From Methanothrix sp. (GTDB lineage: Archaea; Halobacteriota; Methanosarcinia; Methanotrichales; Methanotrichaceae), in NCBI GenBank assembly GCA_963682135.1, contig OY821645.1, positions 1,856,001 through 1,920,000 of the forward strand: a stretch of 64,000 nt of DNA, in the 5' to 3' direction. The position numbers were made by a program, and so were the translations under genes. The notes under the pieces were generated by a model that was given only the letters and a program-made list of their open reading frames with translations, was not told the DNA's origin and did no database searches. Positions 10,753-20,325 of this stretch are shown piece after piece (the first letter of the stretch is position 1; every line of letters begins with the position of its first letter).

Positions 10753-12012
10753 GACTGCCCCGCTTTATCACCTGCTATTGCCGCTATAACATTCCACCAT
10801 CTCACATTGCAGAGCTGTTTTTTTAAAGTACACAATTATGCTTTTGCGTCTAAGGTTAGCAATCAGCTCCGCTATGCAGGCTTAAAGATGCTCAACTGAT
10901 ATTATGCCTATCAATCCTACCCCAATGATCATCCAGGCATCAGCCGCTTGGTGACTGGAGAAGTGAGCGCTCTAGTTAAACCGTCTTTACCCTCCTAATT
11001 CAAGGCGGATATGGAACCACCGGGATCTTTGTTTCCCTTACAGCAAGCTAAAGCAGTAATTTACCTAAACTCCCAACTAGTTAATAAATCCACCGAAAGG
11101 AGATTTCCGTATTAGTTCTTAGCACTATTGCGATGTCTTTTGAATCAGTACTGGTCTAACTAGCAACTCCAGTAATTAAATTTTTCAGAGATTTTGGAAC
11201 CGGTTCGTTTTTTCCCACATGAATCTCTAGTCGAAGGTTCTTCGGCCTGGGGCCTGAGATCTGGATAAGCTCTGCCAGGCGTTTAAAGCCTCAGCAAAAA
11301 GCCCCTTACAAGCCAGATCCTCCCTGTCTTCAGATGCCCATCGATCGATAGCTCTGGCTGCCATCCCATAGACTAGGATCTTGAAGCTGTCGCCAGCTCG
11401 AAATTCTTCCGGCTCGAAATCCTTGGTGGTTTCCCGTCTCGCTTTGTGTATCTGTGACCAGGTGGTTTTCAGGCAATCATTCTGCCCTTAAAGTCACGAA
11501 TTTTCATAATATCGATATCTGTGGAAAATATATTGCAAATTGATCTGATAAACGTTGATAAGTGGAGGTCATGCAATCCGTACTATGCTATTGGGGACTA
11601 TATCATTTAGAAGGTCCAGGATAATGGAGCAAATGATGTATTCGCATACCTGTAGATTATGTCTTGGGTCTGCTCAAAAGATCTCAGAAATTGGACACCA
11701 TCAGAGGGGGTCCTGCGGAAGACGAAATCCTTGTTTGTATAAGGCGCTCCCGAATGGGTGGGAGGATTATCAGTGCTGAGGGTGTGGGAGCCGCAGAAAG
11801 GCGAGATCTGGGCATAAGACCCAAGCCCTTGTCTTCCAAGTACCTTTTATAACGCTTAACAGCAGGTTTGAGGTCTTCCTTGGAAATCTCCTTCTTCCAG
11901 CCAAACGCTTCTTGGGCATTTTTGCATCATCCTTGAAGCGGCACTGAAAAAGAATCCTGTCACCTACAGCAAAAACCTGCGGATGCCAGTAAGCGAAAAT
12001 CGATATCAGCAG

Positions 12013-12095
12013 TGCGGGGGACGGGAGTCGAACCCGCGAACACCTTCGTGACAGGGTCCTAAGCCCTGCGCCTTTAACCACTTGGCAACCCCCGC
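12013..12095 (-). tRNA. tRNA-Leu(TAG), no intron, CCA not encoded
   Basis: Reverse complement GCGGGGG...CAGGG-CTTAGGA-CCCTG, long variable arm, GGTTCGACTCCC, CCCCCGC-A. Confidence 0.97.
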
Positions 12096-12165
12096 GCACT
12101 TAGCCCCTGACAATGGGGGCAGGGCAGATAAAAGTGCTGTGCTCTACTAGAACTTTGCGATCCTC

Positions 12166-12627
12166 TCAGCATTTCAGGAAGGGCTTCATCCTCCTCGTCG
12201 CCTTAAATAGCTCTCTTGTCTCTTCCCTCGTCATCGTCTGCCGGTGCTTTTGGTCCTGCCAATCGCGCCGGAAGGGATAGAAGTACTCATAAAGCTCCGG
12301 CTCATCATGGCAGTGCACCACCACCCCCTGCTCCATCACCGCCGCCTTGAGAAAAAGGGGGAGCAGCTCAAAGATGCGCACATCATAACGGCTGTCCCTG
12401 AGGTGAGATATGAACTTCCTCCAGAGAAAAGACCGGTCGGCAGCCTGGGGGGCCACGATGTACAGGTCAATGTCGCTTCTCGGCCCGGCTTCACCAGTGG
12501 CCTGAGAGCCGTAGAGGAGCACTCCTAAAATTTGCTCTCGCCAGACGGAATCTTGCAGAAACGAGAGGTCCGCCTTCACTTTTGCGACAATCTTATCCCG
12601 GTATCTTCCCGCCCTCTCCGACTTCAT
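12166..12627 (-). CDS. Minimal nucleotidyltransferase (MNT, pol-beta-like)
   Basis: LLYGSQATG...SDIDL motif and ~150 aa length; start chosen at MKSERAG. Confidence 0.85.
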   Translation of the reverse strand: MKSERAGRYRDKIVAKVKADLSFLQDSVWREQILGVLLYGSQATGEAGPRSDIDLYIVAPQAADRSFLWRKFISHLRDSRYDVRIFELLPLFLKAAVMEQGVVVHCHDEPELYEYFYPFRRDWQDQKHRQTMTREETRELFKATRRMKPFLKC

Positions 12628-12651
12628 CTGGGTCCTCGAAAAACACAATAT

Positions 12652-13569
12652 TCAATCCAAAGATCTCTCGCCCATCAGCCAGGCCATGACCGCCTTGCTG
12701 GTATGCATCCGGTTTTCCGCCTCATCGAAGACCGCAGACTGCGGCCCGTCCATGACCTCGTCGGTGATCTCCTGCCCCCGGTGGGCCGGCAAGCAGTGCA
12801 AAGCAATGGCCCCCTCTGCGGCCAGACTCATGATCTCAGAATTCAACTGGTACTTTCCGAAGACCCGCAGCCTTTCCGCCTCTTGGCCCTCATCTCCCAT
12901 GGAGACCCAGGTGTCGGTGACCAGAACATCCGCACCCTCTGCTGCAGCAGATGGCTCAGCCACAACTTTTGGCCAGCCGCCCATGCTCTTGGCCTGCTCC
13001 AGAATGCGAGCCTTTGGCTGGTAGCCCTGAGGCGAGGCCACGATGATCTCCATTCCCAAAATGGCTGCCGCCAGGATAAGGGAGTTGCAGACATTGTTTC
13101 CGTCGCCCACCCAGGCGAGGCGCAGCCCTTCCAGCTTTGCGAAGCGCTGGCGCATGGTCTGCAAATCAGCCAGAATCTGCAGCGGATGCTCCCAATCCGA
13201 GAGAGCATTGACCACAGGCACACTGGCATGCTGAGCGAGCTGGATGACGGTGTTATGAGAGTAGACGCGAGCGGTAATGCCCTGCACATAACGAGAGAGC
13301 ACTCGTGCCGTGTCGGCGATGGTTTCGCCCCGCCCCAACTGCAGCTCGCCTGCCGACAGGTACAGCGGATGGGCACCCAGCTCCGCCGCCGCTACCTCCA
13401 GGGAGACGCGCGTGCGCGTGGACGGCTTCTCAAAGATCATGGCCAGGCTCTTGCCCTGCAAGGGTTCGCCATGCCCGCCCCGCCTGGCTCGAAATGCCTC
13501 GGCACTGTCCAGCAGTCGCAAGATCTCCTCTTTGGAGAGATCCGAGATAGAGATGAGATCAGTTTTCAT
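12652..13569 (-). CDS. argF: Ornithine carbamoyltransferase
   Basis: FEKPSTRT, HPLQ, TDTWVSMG and HCLP motifs. Confidence 0.97.
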   Translation of the reverse strand: MKTDLISISDLSKEEILRLLDSAEAFRARRGGHGEPLQGKSLAMIFEKPSTRTRVSLEVAAAELGAHPLYLSAGELQLGRGETIADTARVLSRYVQGITARVYSHNTVIQLAQHASVPVVNALSDWEHPLQILADLQTMRQRFAKLEGLRLAWVGDGNNVCNSLILAAAILGMEIIVASPQGYQPKARILEQAKSMGGWPKVVAEPSAAAEGADVLVTDTWVSMGDEGQEAERLRVFGKYQLNSEIMSLAAEGAIALHCLPAHRGQEITDEVMDGPQSAVFDEAENRMHTSKAVMAWLMGERSLD

Positions 13570-13580
13570 GTGTTCGTTCC

Positions 13581-13970
13581 TCAGCTCTGCATCCTTGCCT
13601 GAAGCTCGGCTATGGCAGTTATGCTCCCTTCCGCTATGGTGAGCGTGGCCTTGATGCTCTTAAATCCGGGAATGCTGCCAGTGCACACGTCGTCGGAGAC
13701 GAGCTGATTGGACCAGGGGCTATTGTACATAAAAGCAATACCAGGATGAGCTTCGTCTTCCGATGTCCTGGCGGCCACGACCACGCTGCCCACGTCATTT
13801 TTCACGAGCAGCTTCTGCCCGTCCTTTGCACCCAGCCGGGCCATGTCCTGCTTGTCCAGAATGATCAAAGCACTCAGGTTTTTGTACTCCTCGGAAAACC
13901 GGCTCTTCCTTCCCGCCTCATCCTGGAATATGTCGCGCACGGTAACTACGGTGACCTCAACCTCTGCCAT
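13581..13970 (-). CDS. fwdD: Molybdopterin dinucleotide-binding subunit, FwdD/FmdD-like
   Basis: DMARLG...GSVVV...PGIAFM..SPWSNQL...G.IPGFK; adjacent to the FwdB-like gene. Confidence 0.8.
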   Translation of the reverse strand: MAEVEVTVVTVRDIFQDEAGRKSRFSEEYKNLSALIILDKQDMARLGAKDGQKLLVKNDVGSVVVAARTSEDEAHPGIAFMYNSPWSNQLVSDDVCTGSIPGFKSIKATLTIAEGSITAIAELQARMQS

Positions 13971-13971
13971 T

Positions 13972-15195
13972 TCAAATCGCCTCCATAATGCGATTTAGGA
14001 TCTGCTCATCTGAGAGAAGCTCTGACTTCATGATGGGCTCGAATTTGATCTTCACTCCATCCATGCGTACCGCTGTGCCTCCTGCCTCCAGGCCGGAGAG
14101 GGCCGAAGGAATGACGACCTTCGCCGCATCAGTGGTCAATGACCGCCGCGGATCGATGGCAATAAGCGGGAGGTGTGCCAGAGCGCGGGCTGCGGCGAAG
14201 GGCAGCGCCGAGAGCGGATCTGAGCCGATAGACAGCGCCGCGTCGCATGTTCTGGCTGCGGCTATCACGCTGTGCTCCGGCCCGTGCGCAGCCGCGCCGC
14301 CCTGGAAGGAGACGCGATTGATGAAGCCCGTCTTTTCCAGCATCAGCTCATTAAAACCGCGCATGTTGTAGTGCCCTACCATGGGTATGACCTTGAAGGT
14401 GGTGACCTCATTCAGCCTGGCAAGGAGCTGCTCGAAGAGCTCCATCTTATCCTGCAGGGAATAGACCATGCCTAGACCGGGAAAGATCGCTCCCCACTCC
14501 GTCTTCTTGAGGACAGTTGACAGCTCAATCATCTTCTTCTTGTCACCTACCTTGGGAATCTTTCCATCCAGAACTGACAGGATCGCCTCCAAAAACTGCG
14601 CGTCGCCTCCTGGTGCCACCCGGAAATAGTAGTTGCTGCATAGCCGCGCCGTGGCTGACTTTCGGACGTCCACCACAATGCAGGTCCTCTCCTCCTCGTA
14701 GCTTCTCTGCCTCTTCTCTCCTCGCGGATAATAGGAAAAGCGCGAAAGATGCCGCGGATGGCTGCTTGAGGGATCCGATCCCCAAAAGATCGCGGTGTCT
14801 GCATAGTTTCGTACATCGTCTAACGTGCAGGTTGGAATCTTTCCGGATAAAATGCGCTCCATCAAAATTCCCTGGCAGAAAGAGGAGGTATCGTCAATGG
14901 TCGCGCCCAATTTTTCCGCCAGTTTTATGCCCGCCGCCTGGGCCTCCAATGTGGAATTGGACCAGCCGTATAATAGCGGGCTCCTGGCGCTCCTTAAAAT
15001 CTCTGCAGCCTTCTCGATCGCTTTATCCAGAGTCACCTGCTCTCCATCGATCATGGGCAGCGTCCTCTCTGTAAAGGCCGCCCGGAAGTGGCCGTGCCCC
15101 TTGCGGCAGAGGTTCTTCTCATGCAGCAGTGAACCATTCTCGAAGGTCGCCACAATATCCTCGCAGAGAAGCGAGCATCCTGTGCATATTGCCAT
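13972..15195 (-). CDS. fwdB: FwdB/FmdB-like Mo/W-pterin subunit (divergent paralog)
   Basis: CTGCSLLCED..LC Fe-S motif, DDTSSFCQG, HPRHLSR, GHYN and GTAVRMDG. Confidence 0.85.
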   Translation of the reverse strand: MAICTGCSLLCEDIVATFENGSLLHEKNLCRKGHGHFRAAFTERTLPMIDGEQVTLDKAIEKAAEILRSARSPLLYGWSNSTLEAQAAGIKLAEKLGATIDDTSSFCQGILMERILSGKIPTCTLDDVRNYADTAIFWGSDPSSSHPRHLSRFSYYPRGEKRQRSYEEERTCIVVDVRKSATARLCSNYYFRVAPGGDAQFLEAILSVLDGKIPKVGDKKKMIELSTVLKKTEWGAIFPGLGMVYSLQDKMELFEQLLARLNEVTTFKVIPMVGHYNMRGFNELMLEKTGFINRVSFQGGAAAHGPEHSVIAAARTCDAALSIGSDPLSALPFAAARALAHLPLIAIDPRRSLTTDAAKVVIPSALSGLEAGGTAVRMDGVKIKFEPIMKSELLSDEQILNRIMEAI

Positions 15196-15220
15196 TTGCT
15201 TTTCACCTTCCCCTTTTCAA

Positions 15221-15682
15221 CTAAACGAACTCGATGGCCTTGCTCGGACAGGTCGCTGTGCAGGCATTGCAGAGAGTCTTGTTCGGTCCGAAGCGCTTGC
15301 ATTCTTTTAGGTTGTTGACCACTACTACCCCATCTTCCACTCGCAAGATGACCTTTTCGCCCTCCGGCCCCAGACCCACTGCGGTGCGCGTGGGCTCCGC
15401 GGCCACATTGACGGGGCAGGCGACAACGCAGTTGCCGCAGCCAAAACACTTCTCCGGATGTATGATCAGGCCGGTCTCCGAAGCATTCTCAATGGGCGCC
15501 ATCACCTCTCGCAGCTTTTTCAGCTTAGCCTCGTACTTCTTCTCCTCAATTAGTGGAGTGCACTCATCGACCTTCTTCTCCCGGCCCAAAAGGCCCACAG
15601 CAAAGGCCATGCAGGTGGGAAGCCCGCACTTCTTGCAGTTGGTCTTGGGCAAAAGCATATAGATCTCCATGGCGCCGACCAT
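15221..15682 (-). CDS. FwdG-like polyferredoxin with an N-terminal RnfB/AcsC-type FeS domain
   Basis: LPKTNCKKCGLPTCMAFA, CFGCGNCVVACP and CNACTATCP; start taken at MVGAMEIY. Confidence 0.85.
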   Translation of the reverse strand: MVGAMEIYMLLPKTNCKKCGLPTCMAFAVGLLGREKKVDECTPLIEEKKYEAKLKKLREVMAPIENASETGLIIHPEKCFGCGNCVVACPVNVAAEPTRTAVGLGPEGEKVILRVEDGVVVVNNLKECKRFGPNKTLCNACTATCPSKAIEFV

Positions 15683-15789
15683 AACCAGAACCTCAATTTG
15701 GGAAAGATATGATAGAAGCTTTGTGGCATCGATTATATTTATGGCCTGCGCAAACCTTTTCATAGTTCTTAGACTAAAAGGCTCTTTTA

Positions 15790-17532
15790 ATGCCGTTTCG
15801 CAATCCTATGGCCCTTCTGGGGCTCATATCTATAATTCCTCTGATAATAATATACCTTATCCGTCCCCAGCCTAAGGAAATCCGCTTCTCGGCCACGCAG
15901 TTCCTGCGAGAGGGTGAGGCGGAGCGCTCCGCGGTGCTCAGCCGCCTGATCAACGATCCCCTCTTTTGGATTCAGCTTCTGGTGCTTCTCTCGCTCTCTG
16001 TTGCTGCAGCCGGACCGTACACAACACAAGCGGGTCCTGCGAGCAGTCACCTGGTGGTGGTCCTGGACAGCTCGGCCAGCATGCAGGCCTGCACCCATGC
16101 GTTGCAGCTGATCGACCCCTATCTGGACAAATACCAGAGAATCAGCATCGTGCTGGCGGAAAGCATGCCTCAGACCACACTCTCCGGGGGCAGCCCCGCC
16201 GAGGCCAGGGACGCTCTGCGCAGGCAGTCGCCAAAAGCCGTCAGTGCAGACCTCTCCAGCGCCATGACGTTAGCTGGCAGCCTGCTGGCAAATGAAGGCG
16301 GAAATATGCTGGTGGTCTCGGATTTCATAAGCTGGATAGGTGACGAGCCGCAGGCTACCCGCAAGATTTTGCAGGCTGACGGAAGGGTGAGCATTGTCTT
16401 TGCCGACTGCTACCAGGGAGGCGATAACGTGGCCCTGGTGGAGGCCTGGGATGTGCCAGGACCGGGATATGTCAACCACACTGCTCTGGTGCACAACTTT
16501 GGCCCGGCGAGAGTGGTTCCCGTCACCATCCATAGCCCGAGCGGCGCCACCTCAGGCCGCACTCTGCAGATGGATTCAGGAGGAGATAGCTATCTCTCAT
16601 TTACGGCTTACCCTGGAGTCAATGAAATCTCCCTGGACCTGGAGGATGCCGTCTCCTGGGACAATCATGCCTACATTTATGTTCCCGACCTGGCTCAGAA
16701 GAGGGTTCTCTACCAGGGTGAAGAGGGACCGGCTCTGGCAGCTCTTCGCTCCCTGCCCAATGTTGAAGTGCAGACCGCCGGCGAACTCAATGGCTTCGAT
16801 CTGATTGTGGTGGCCAGGAATGCCTCGCAAAGCGGCAAGCTCAATCGCTACATAGATGGCGGAAAGGTGATATTCATCGCTTCGGATCAGGAAAGCCCCG
16901 AGTACCTGCCGGTGCGGGTCACGGGCGAGCAGCCCGGTCCTGCCAGCCTCTGGGTTAGAAGCGAGGGCTTTGCCAAAGGAGTGCACTTTGATGAGATAGG
17001 AATATTCCGTTTTCCAGAGGCCGTATCTCGAAAGGGCTCCACTGCAATGGTCGAGGCCAATGGCCAACCCATCCTCTCCTATTGGCGCCTGGGAAAGGGA
17101 ATGGTGATTTATAGCGGTCTGGAGATGGATTCCGATTTCTATCTGCGTCCGGAATATCCTATCTTCTGGTATCAGATGGTGGGCTGGATCACAGGTGTAC
17201 CGGACATAACGCAGGCCAATCGAAAGACCGGCGAGATAATTCATCTGGGTGAGACTGCCCAAATAGAGACGCCCTCTGCAAATATTGCGACGAGCACTCT
17301 GCTGCTTGATGAGGTGGGAATCTACCGCTTCCTGGGAAAGGCAGTGGCTGCCAATATGTATGACCCTAAAGAATCTTCCCTGCAAAGAAAGAACGGTGTT
17401 GATGCGGGTGCGTTTGTATCCGCCAGCCGGGAGACTACAGTGGAAGAGGACCTCTCCGTCTGGATCATTGCACTTGCCGCTCTCGTCATCATTGCCGAGC
17501 TGGCCGTTATGAAGAGGAGGAGAGAGATATGA
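15790..17532 (+). CDS. BatA-type N-terminal double-TM plus vWA domain membrane protein
   Basis: F.NP.ALLGL..IIPLIIIYLIRP N-terminus, VVVLDSSASM MIDAS, VVSDF and a C-terminal TM. Confidence 0.8.
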   Translation: MPFRNPMALLGLISIIPLIIIYLIRPQPKEIRFSATQFLREGEAERSAVLSRLINDPLFWIQLLVLLSLSVAAAGPYTTQAGPASSHLVVVLDSSASMQACTHALQLIDPYLDKYQRISIVLAESMPQTTLSGGSPAEARDALRRQSPKAVSADLSSAMTLAGSLLANEGGNMLVVSDFISWIGDEPQATRKILQADGRVSIVFADCYQGGDNVALVEAWDVPGPGYVNHTALVHNFGPARVVPVTIHSPSGATSGRTLQMDSGGDSYLSFTAYPGVNEISLDLEDAVSWDNHAYIYVPDLAQKRVLYQGEEGPALAALRSLPNVEVQTAGELNGFDLIVVARNASQSGKLNRYIDGGKVIFIASDQESPEYLPVRVTGEQPGPASLWVRSEGFAKGVHFDEIGIFRFPEAVSRKGSTAMVEANGQPILSYWRLGKGMVIYSGLEMDSDFYLRPEYPIFWYQMVGWITGVPDITQANRKTGEIIHLGETAQIETPSANIATSTLLLDEVGIYRFLGKAVAANMYDPKESSLQRKNGVDAGAFVSASRETTVEEDLSVWIIALAALVIIAELAVMKRRREI

Positions 17533-19889
17533 TCCTGGATCTATATTTTGCCACGCCGCAGCTCATCTGGGCCATTCCATTTGTATTGCTCTTGGGCGGG
17601 GTCCTAATTCGCAGCAGATCCAAGAACAAACTCTTTGCCGCTTCAAGGCTTCTCGTCTTTTGCCTGATCATAGCTGCTGCCGCAAATCCCTACTTTGTCG
17701 AGGTGCATACCGTCTCCTCGCAAAAGCCCAGCATAACCATCCTGGACGACCAGACCGGATCTATGGGCATCTTTGATCCCGATGTCGCTACAAGGATAGA
17801 GAGCTATGTAGACGCGCCCCTGCGCACCTTCTCAGGGGATGCAACGCCTCTGGGCGACAAAATCGTGCAGTACGCCCTGCCAGGCAGCACTCTCCTCCTG
17901 GTCTCGGACGGCTACAGCAACAGCGGTCGCGCCCTGGAAGACGCCCTGGCACTGGCGCGCGCCTCCAATGCCACGACCTTTGCCCTCTCACTTACCCCCC
18001 AAAAGGATGACGCGGGCGTGGAGATATCCGGGACGAACACTGCGGTCTTGGCCGGGGACTATCCCTTCAAGGTGTTAGTGCGCTCTTCCCGAGGCTACCA
18101 GGGACCGCTTTCCGTCTTTGCCGACGATAAATTGATTTACAGCGACACGATAGTTGCCAACAACAGCGCGTCCATCAAGATCTCCCATTCCTTCCTGGAG
18201 ACAGGAAATCATATTCTTCGGGCCGCAATCGCCCCGGACGGGCAGCCCCTAAACGATAACTACCAAAAAGCGGTCTATGTCGTCCCCAAACCACAGGTTC
18301 TGCTCATCTCCAGCGGCAACTCGCCCCTGGCCACCGATCTCAATGATCTCTACAAATTGACACTCCTCCCCGAGCTTCCCGACCAGCTGGATGGCTACAA
18401 GGCCGTAGTACTCGATGATATCAGATACAATTCCCATCTTAGTCCACTGCATAGTTACGTGCGCGAAGGCGGAGGGCTGGTAGTAGTAGGGGGCGAGGAT
18501 GCCTATGACCTGGGAGATTACCGTAACTCCAGCCTGGAAGAGATCTTGCCGGTGCGCTCCATGCCCAGCATCTTCGAGGGCGGCAAGACGCTTATCTTCG
18601 TGATGGACATCTCCTTCTCCCTGCTCACCACGCGCACGGCGGATGGCACGCCTCTGCTCGACTACGAGAAGGCTCTGGCTGTGGAGCTCCTCAAATCGCC
18701 CCATTTCCAGGATTATAAGGTGGGTCTGGTAGTTTTTGGAACCAAAGCCTACGATGTGCAGGACCCCGTTCCCCTCTCCCGAGCGGAGAGCGTTCTTCGG
18801 GAGAGGATAATGAGTCTCGCGCCCACGGGCACGGAGAACAGCTATCTGGATAGCGGTCTGCTACTGGCCTGGGATATGCTCAATGTTAGCGGCGGCCAGG
18901 GTGAACTGGTAATCCTATCGGACGGAAACCTCTATAACTATCCGGAAGTGGTGGCACGCTCTATTGACCTGCTGCGCCAGATGAATCTCACAACTCGCCT
19001 TGTACAGGTGCAGGCCTTCCCAGGGGCGACAGGCAGATTCGATTATCTGGCTGCCCAGACGGGATCAGACTTCTCCGCTTTCGTATATCCCGACTCGCTT
19101 ACTACTACTTTGCAAGAGCCTCCCGCAGGGGCCGCACCCCAAGAGAGCAGCCTCTCAGGATATGCGGTAAATGTGGTCAATAAGAATCACTACATCACAG
19201 CCGATCTGAGCTTAAATGCGACAGTAACAGGCTTTAATGATGTCACGCCTCGTCCCGGCGCCCAGCGTCTGGCGGCCCTGCCTGACGGAAAACCGGTCCT
19301 AACAGTATGGCGTTATGGTTTAGGCAGGGTAGCAGCGCTAACGGTCGATGATGGCAGTACCTGGGCAGGCGAACTTTATGCCAGTCCGGGTTCGCAGTTG
19401 ATTTCATCCACCGTCAATTGGGCTGTAGGCGATCCCCGGCCGCAGGACGATCGCGTTGAAGCTGATGACGGATGGCAGGGTACACCCTTATCAGTCACAA
19501 TAAGCAGCAATGCTAGGCCCAGCCTTCCCGGTGCAGATGTGGAAAAAGTGGGGGACAATCGATATGTGGCTACCTTTATGCCCAATGGCTCAGGCATCTA
19601 TTACATCGGCAATTATGGCCTGGCAGTTAATTACCCTCTGGAGTATCGAGATATCGGCTTTAATCCGGATTTTTCCAGAATGATCATGGCCAATGGCGGA
19701 AAGGTCTTCAGCGAAGCTGAGGCCCGACAGAGCCTTGTGGTCGAAGCCGGTCGTGTCAGCCAGAGAACGGTTCAGGAGCGTATCTCTCGAAGAGACATTC
19801 TACTGCTCCTGGCTCTGCTAATATTCCTGACGGAAATAATATATCGAAAAAGAGATGAAGTTCGAAGGAGAGGTCGATTTCGTGCCTGA
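17529..19889 (+). CDS. Membrane protein with vWA and glutamine-amidotransferase-like domains
   Basis: LDDQTGSM, LVSDG, VREGGGLVVVGG, MDISFS, WRYGLGRVAA and terminal TMs; ATGA overlap with the upstream gene. Confidence 0.75.
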   Translation: MILDLYFATPQLIWAIPFVLLLGGVLIRSRSKNKLFAASRLLVFCLIIAAAANPYFVEVHTVSSQKPSITILDDQTGSMGIFDPDVATRIESYVDAPLRTFSGDATPLGDKIVQYALPGSTLLLVSDGYSNSGRALEDALALARASNATTFALSLTPQKDDAGVEISGTNTAVLAGDYPFKVLVRSSRGYQGPLSVFADDKLIYSDTIVANNSASIKISHSFLETGNHILRAAIAPDGQPLNDNYQKAVYVVPKPQVLLISSGNSPLATDLNDLYKLTLLPELPDQLDGYKAVVLDDIRYNSHLSPLHSYVREGGGLVVVGGEDAYDLGDYRNSSLEEILPVRSMPSIFEGGKTLIFVMDISFSLLTTRTADGTPLLDYEKALAVELLKSPHFQDYKVGLVVFGTKAYDVQDPVPLSRAESVLRERIMSLAPTGTENSYLDSGLLLAWDMLNVSGGQGELVILSDGNLYNYPEVVARSIDLLRQMNLTTRLVQVQAFPGATGRFDYLAAQTGSDFSAFVYPDSLTTTLQEPPAGAAPQESSLSGYAVNVVNKNHYITADLSLNATVTGFNDVTPRPGAQRLAALPDGKPVLTVWRYGLGRVAALTVDDGSTWAGELYASPGSQLISSTVNWAVGDPRPQDDRVEADDGWQGTPLSVTISSNARPSLPGADVEKVGDNRYVATFMPNGSGIYYIGNYGLAVNYPLEYRDIGFNPDFSRMIMANGGKVFSEAEARQSLVVEAGRVSQRTVQERISRRDILLLLALLIFLTEIIYRKRDEVRRRGRFRA

Positions 19890-19959
19890 AGCACACCATC
19901 AGATTTTAATAGCATAATCGGCTTTATCGTTGATATATTGCGGAGGTAACTGCCACCAA

Positions 19960-20268
19960 ATGAGTTCTCAAATGTGTACCGTCTGTGGCCTTCCCACGGA
20001 GCTATGTATCTGCGAGGAGGTTGCCAAGGAGCAGCAGAGGATAGCTGTGAAAGTACAGAAGCGCAGGTATGGAAAAGAGGTGACGGTAATCCAAGGCATT
20101 GATCCTCATGAGATCGATCTTCAAGAGCTTTGTACCCATCTCAAGTCCAAGCTGGCCTGCGGCGGCACTGTGAAAGAAAGCCTGATCGAGCTGCAGGGAA
20201 ACCATATTCAAAGGATTAAGGAGATCTTAGTGAAAAAGGGATTCGGCGCAGACCAAATTAGTACCTGA
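19960..20268 (+). CDS. Translation initiation factor SUI1/aIF1
   Basis: [35 protein letters not shown] and IELQG. Confidence 0.95.
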   Translation: MSSQMCTVCGLPTELCICEEVAKEQQRIAVKVQKRRYGKEVTVIQGIDPHEIDLQELCTHLKSKLACGGTVKESLIELQGNHIQRIKEILVKKGFGADQIST

Positions 20269-20325
20269 TTTCCCTGAAAGTTCTTAAGGTCTACAGGCGG
20301 ATTATCTCGCTTGATCATTTTTCTT

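Noticed and set aside
10800-12013. Integrated element at tRNA-Leu
   Set aside because: No integrase and no duplicated tRNA 3' end seen in the window.
12532-13602. 356-aa plus-strand ORF and similar long antisense ORFs (26669-27721, 16597-17385, 37632-38294)
   Set aside because: Shadows of well-supported genes on the opposite strand.
13972-15195. Selenocysteine FwuB variant
   Set aside because: The ligand codon is TGC (Cys) and there is no in-frame TGA.
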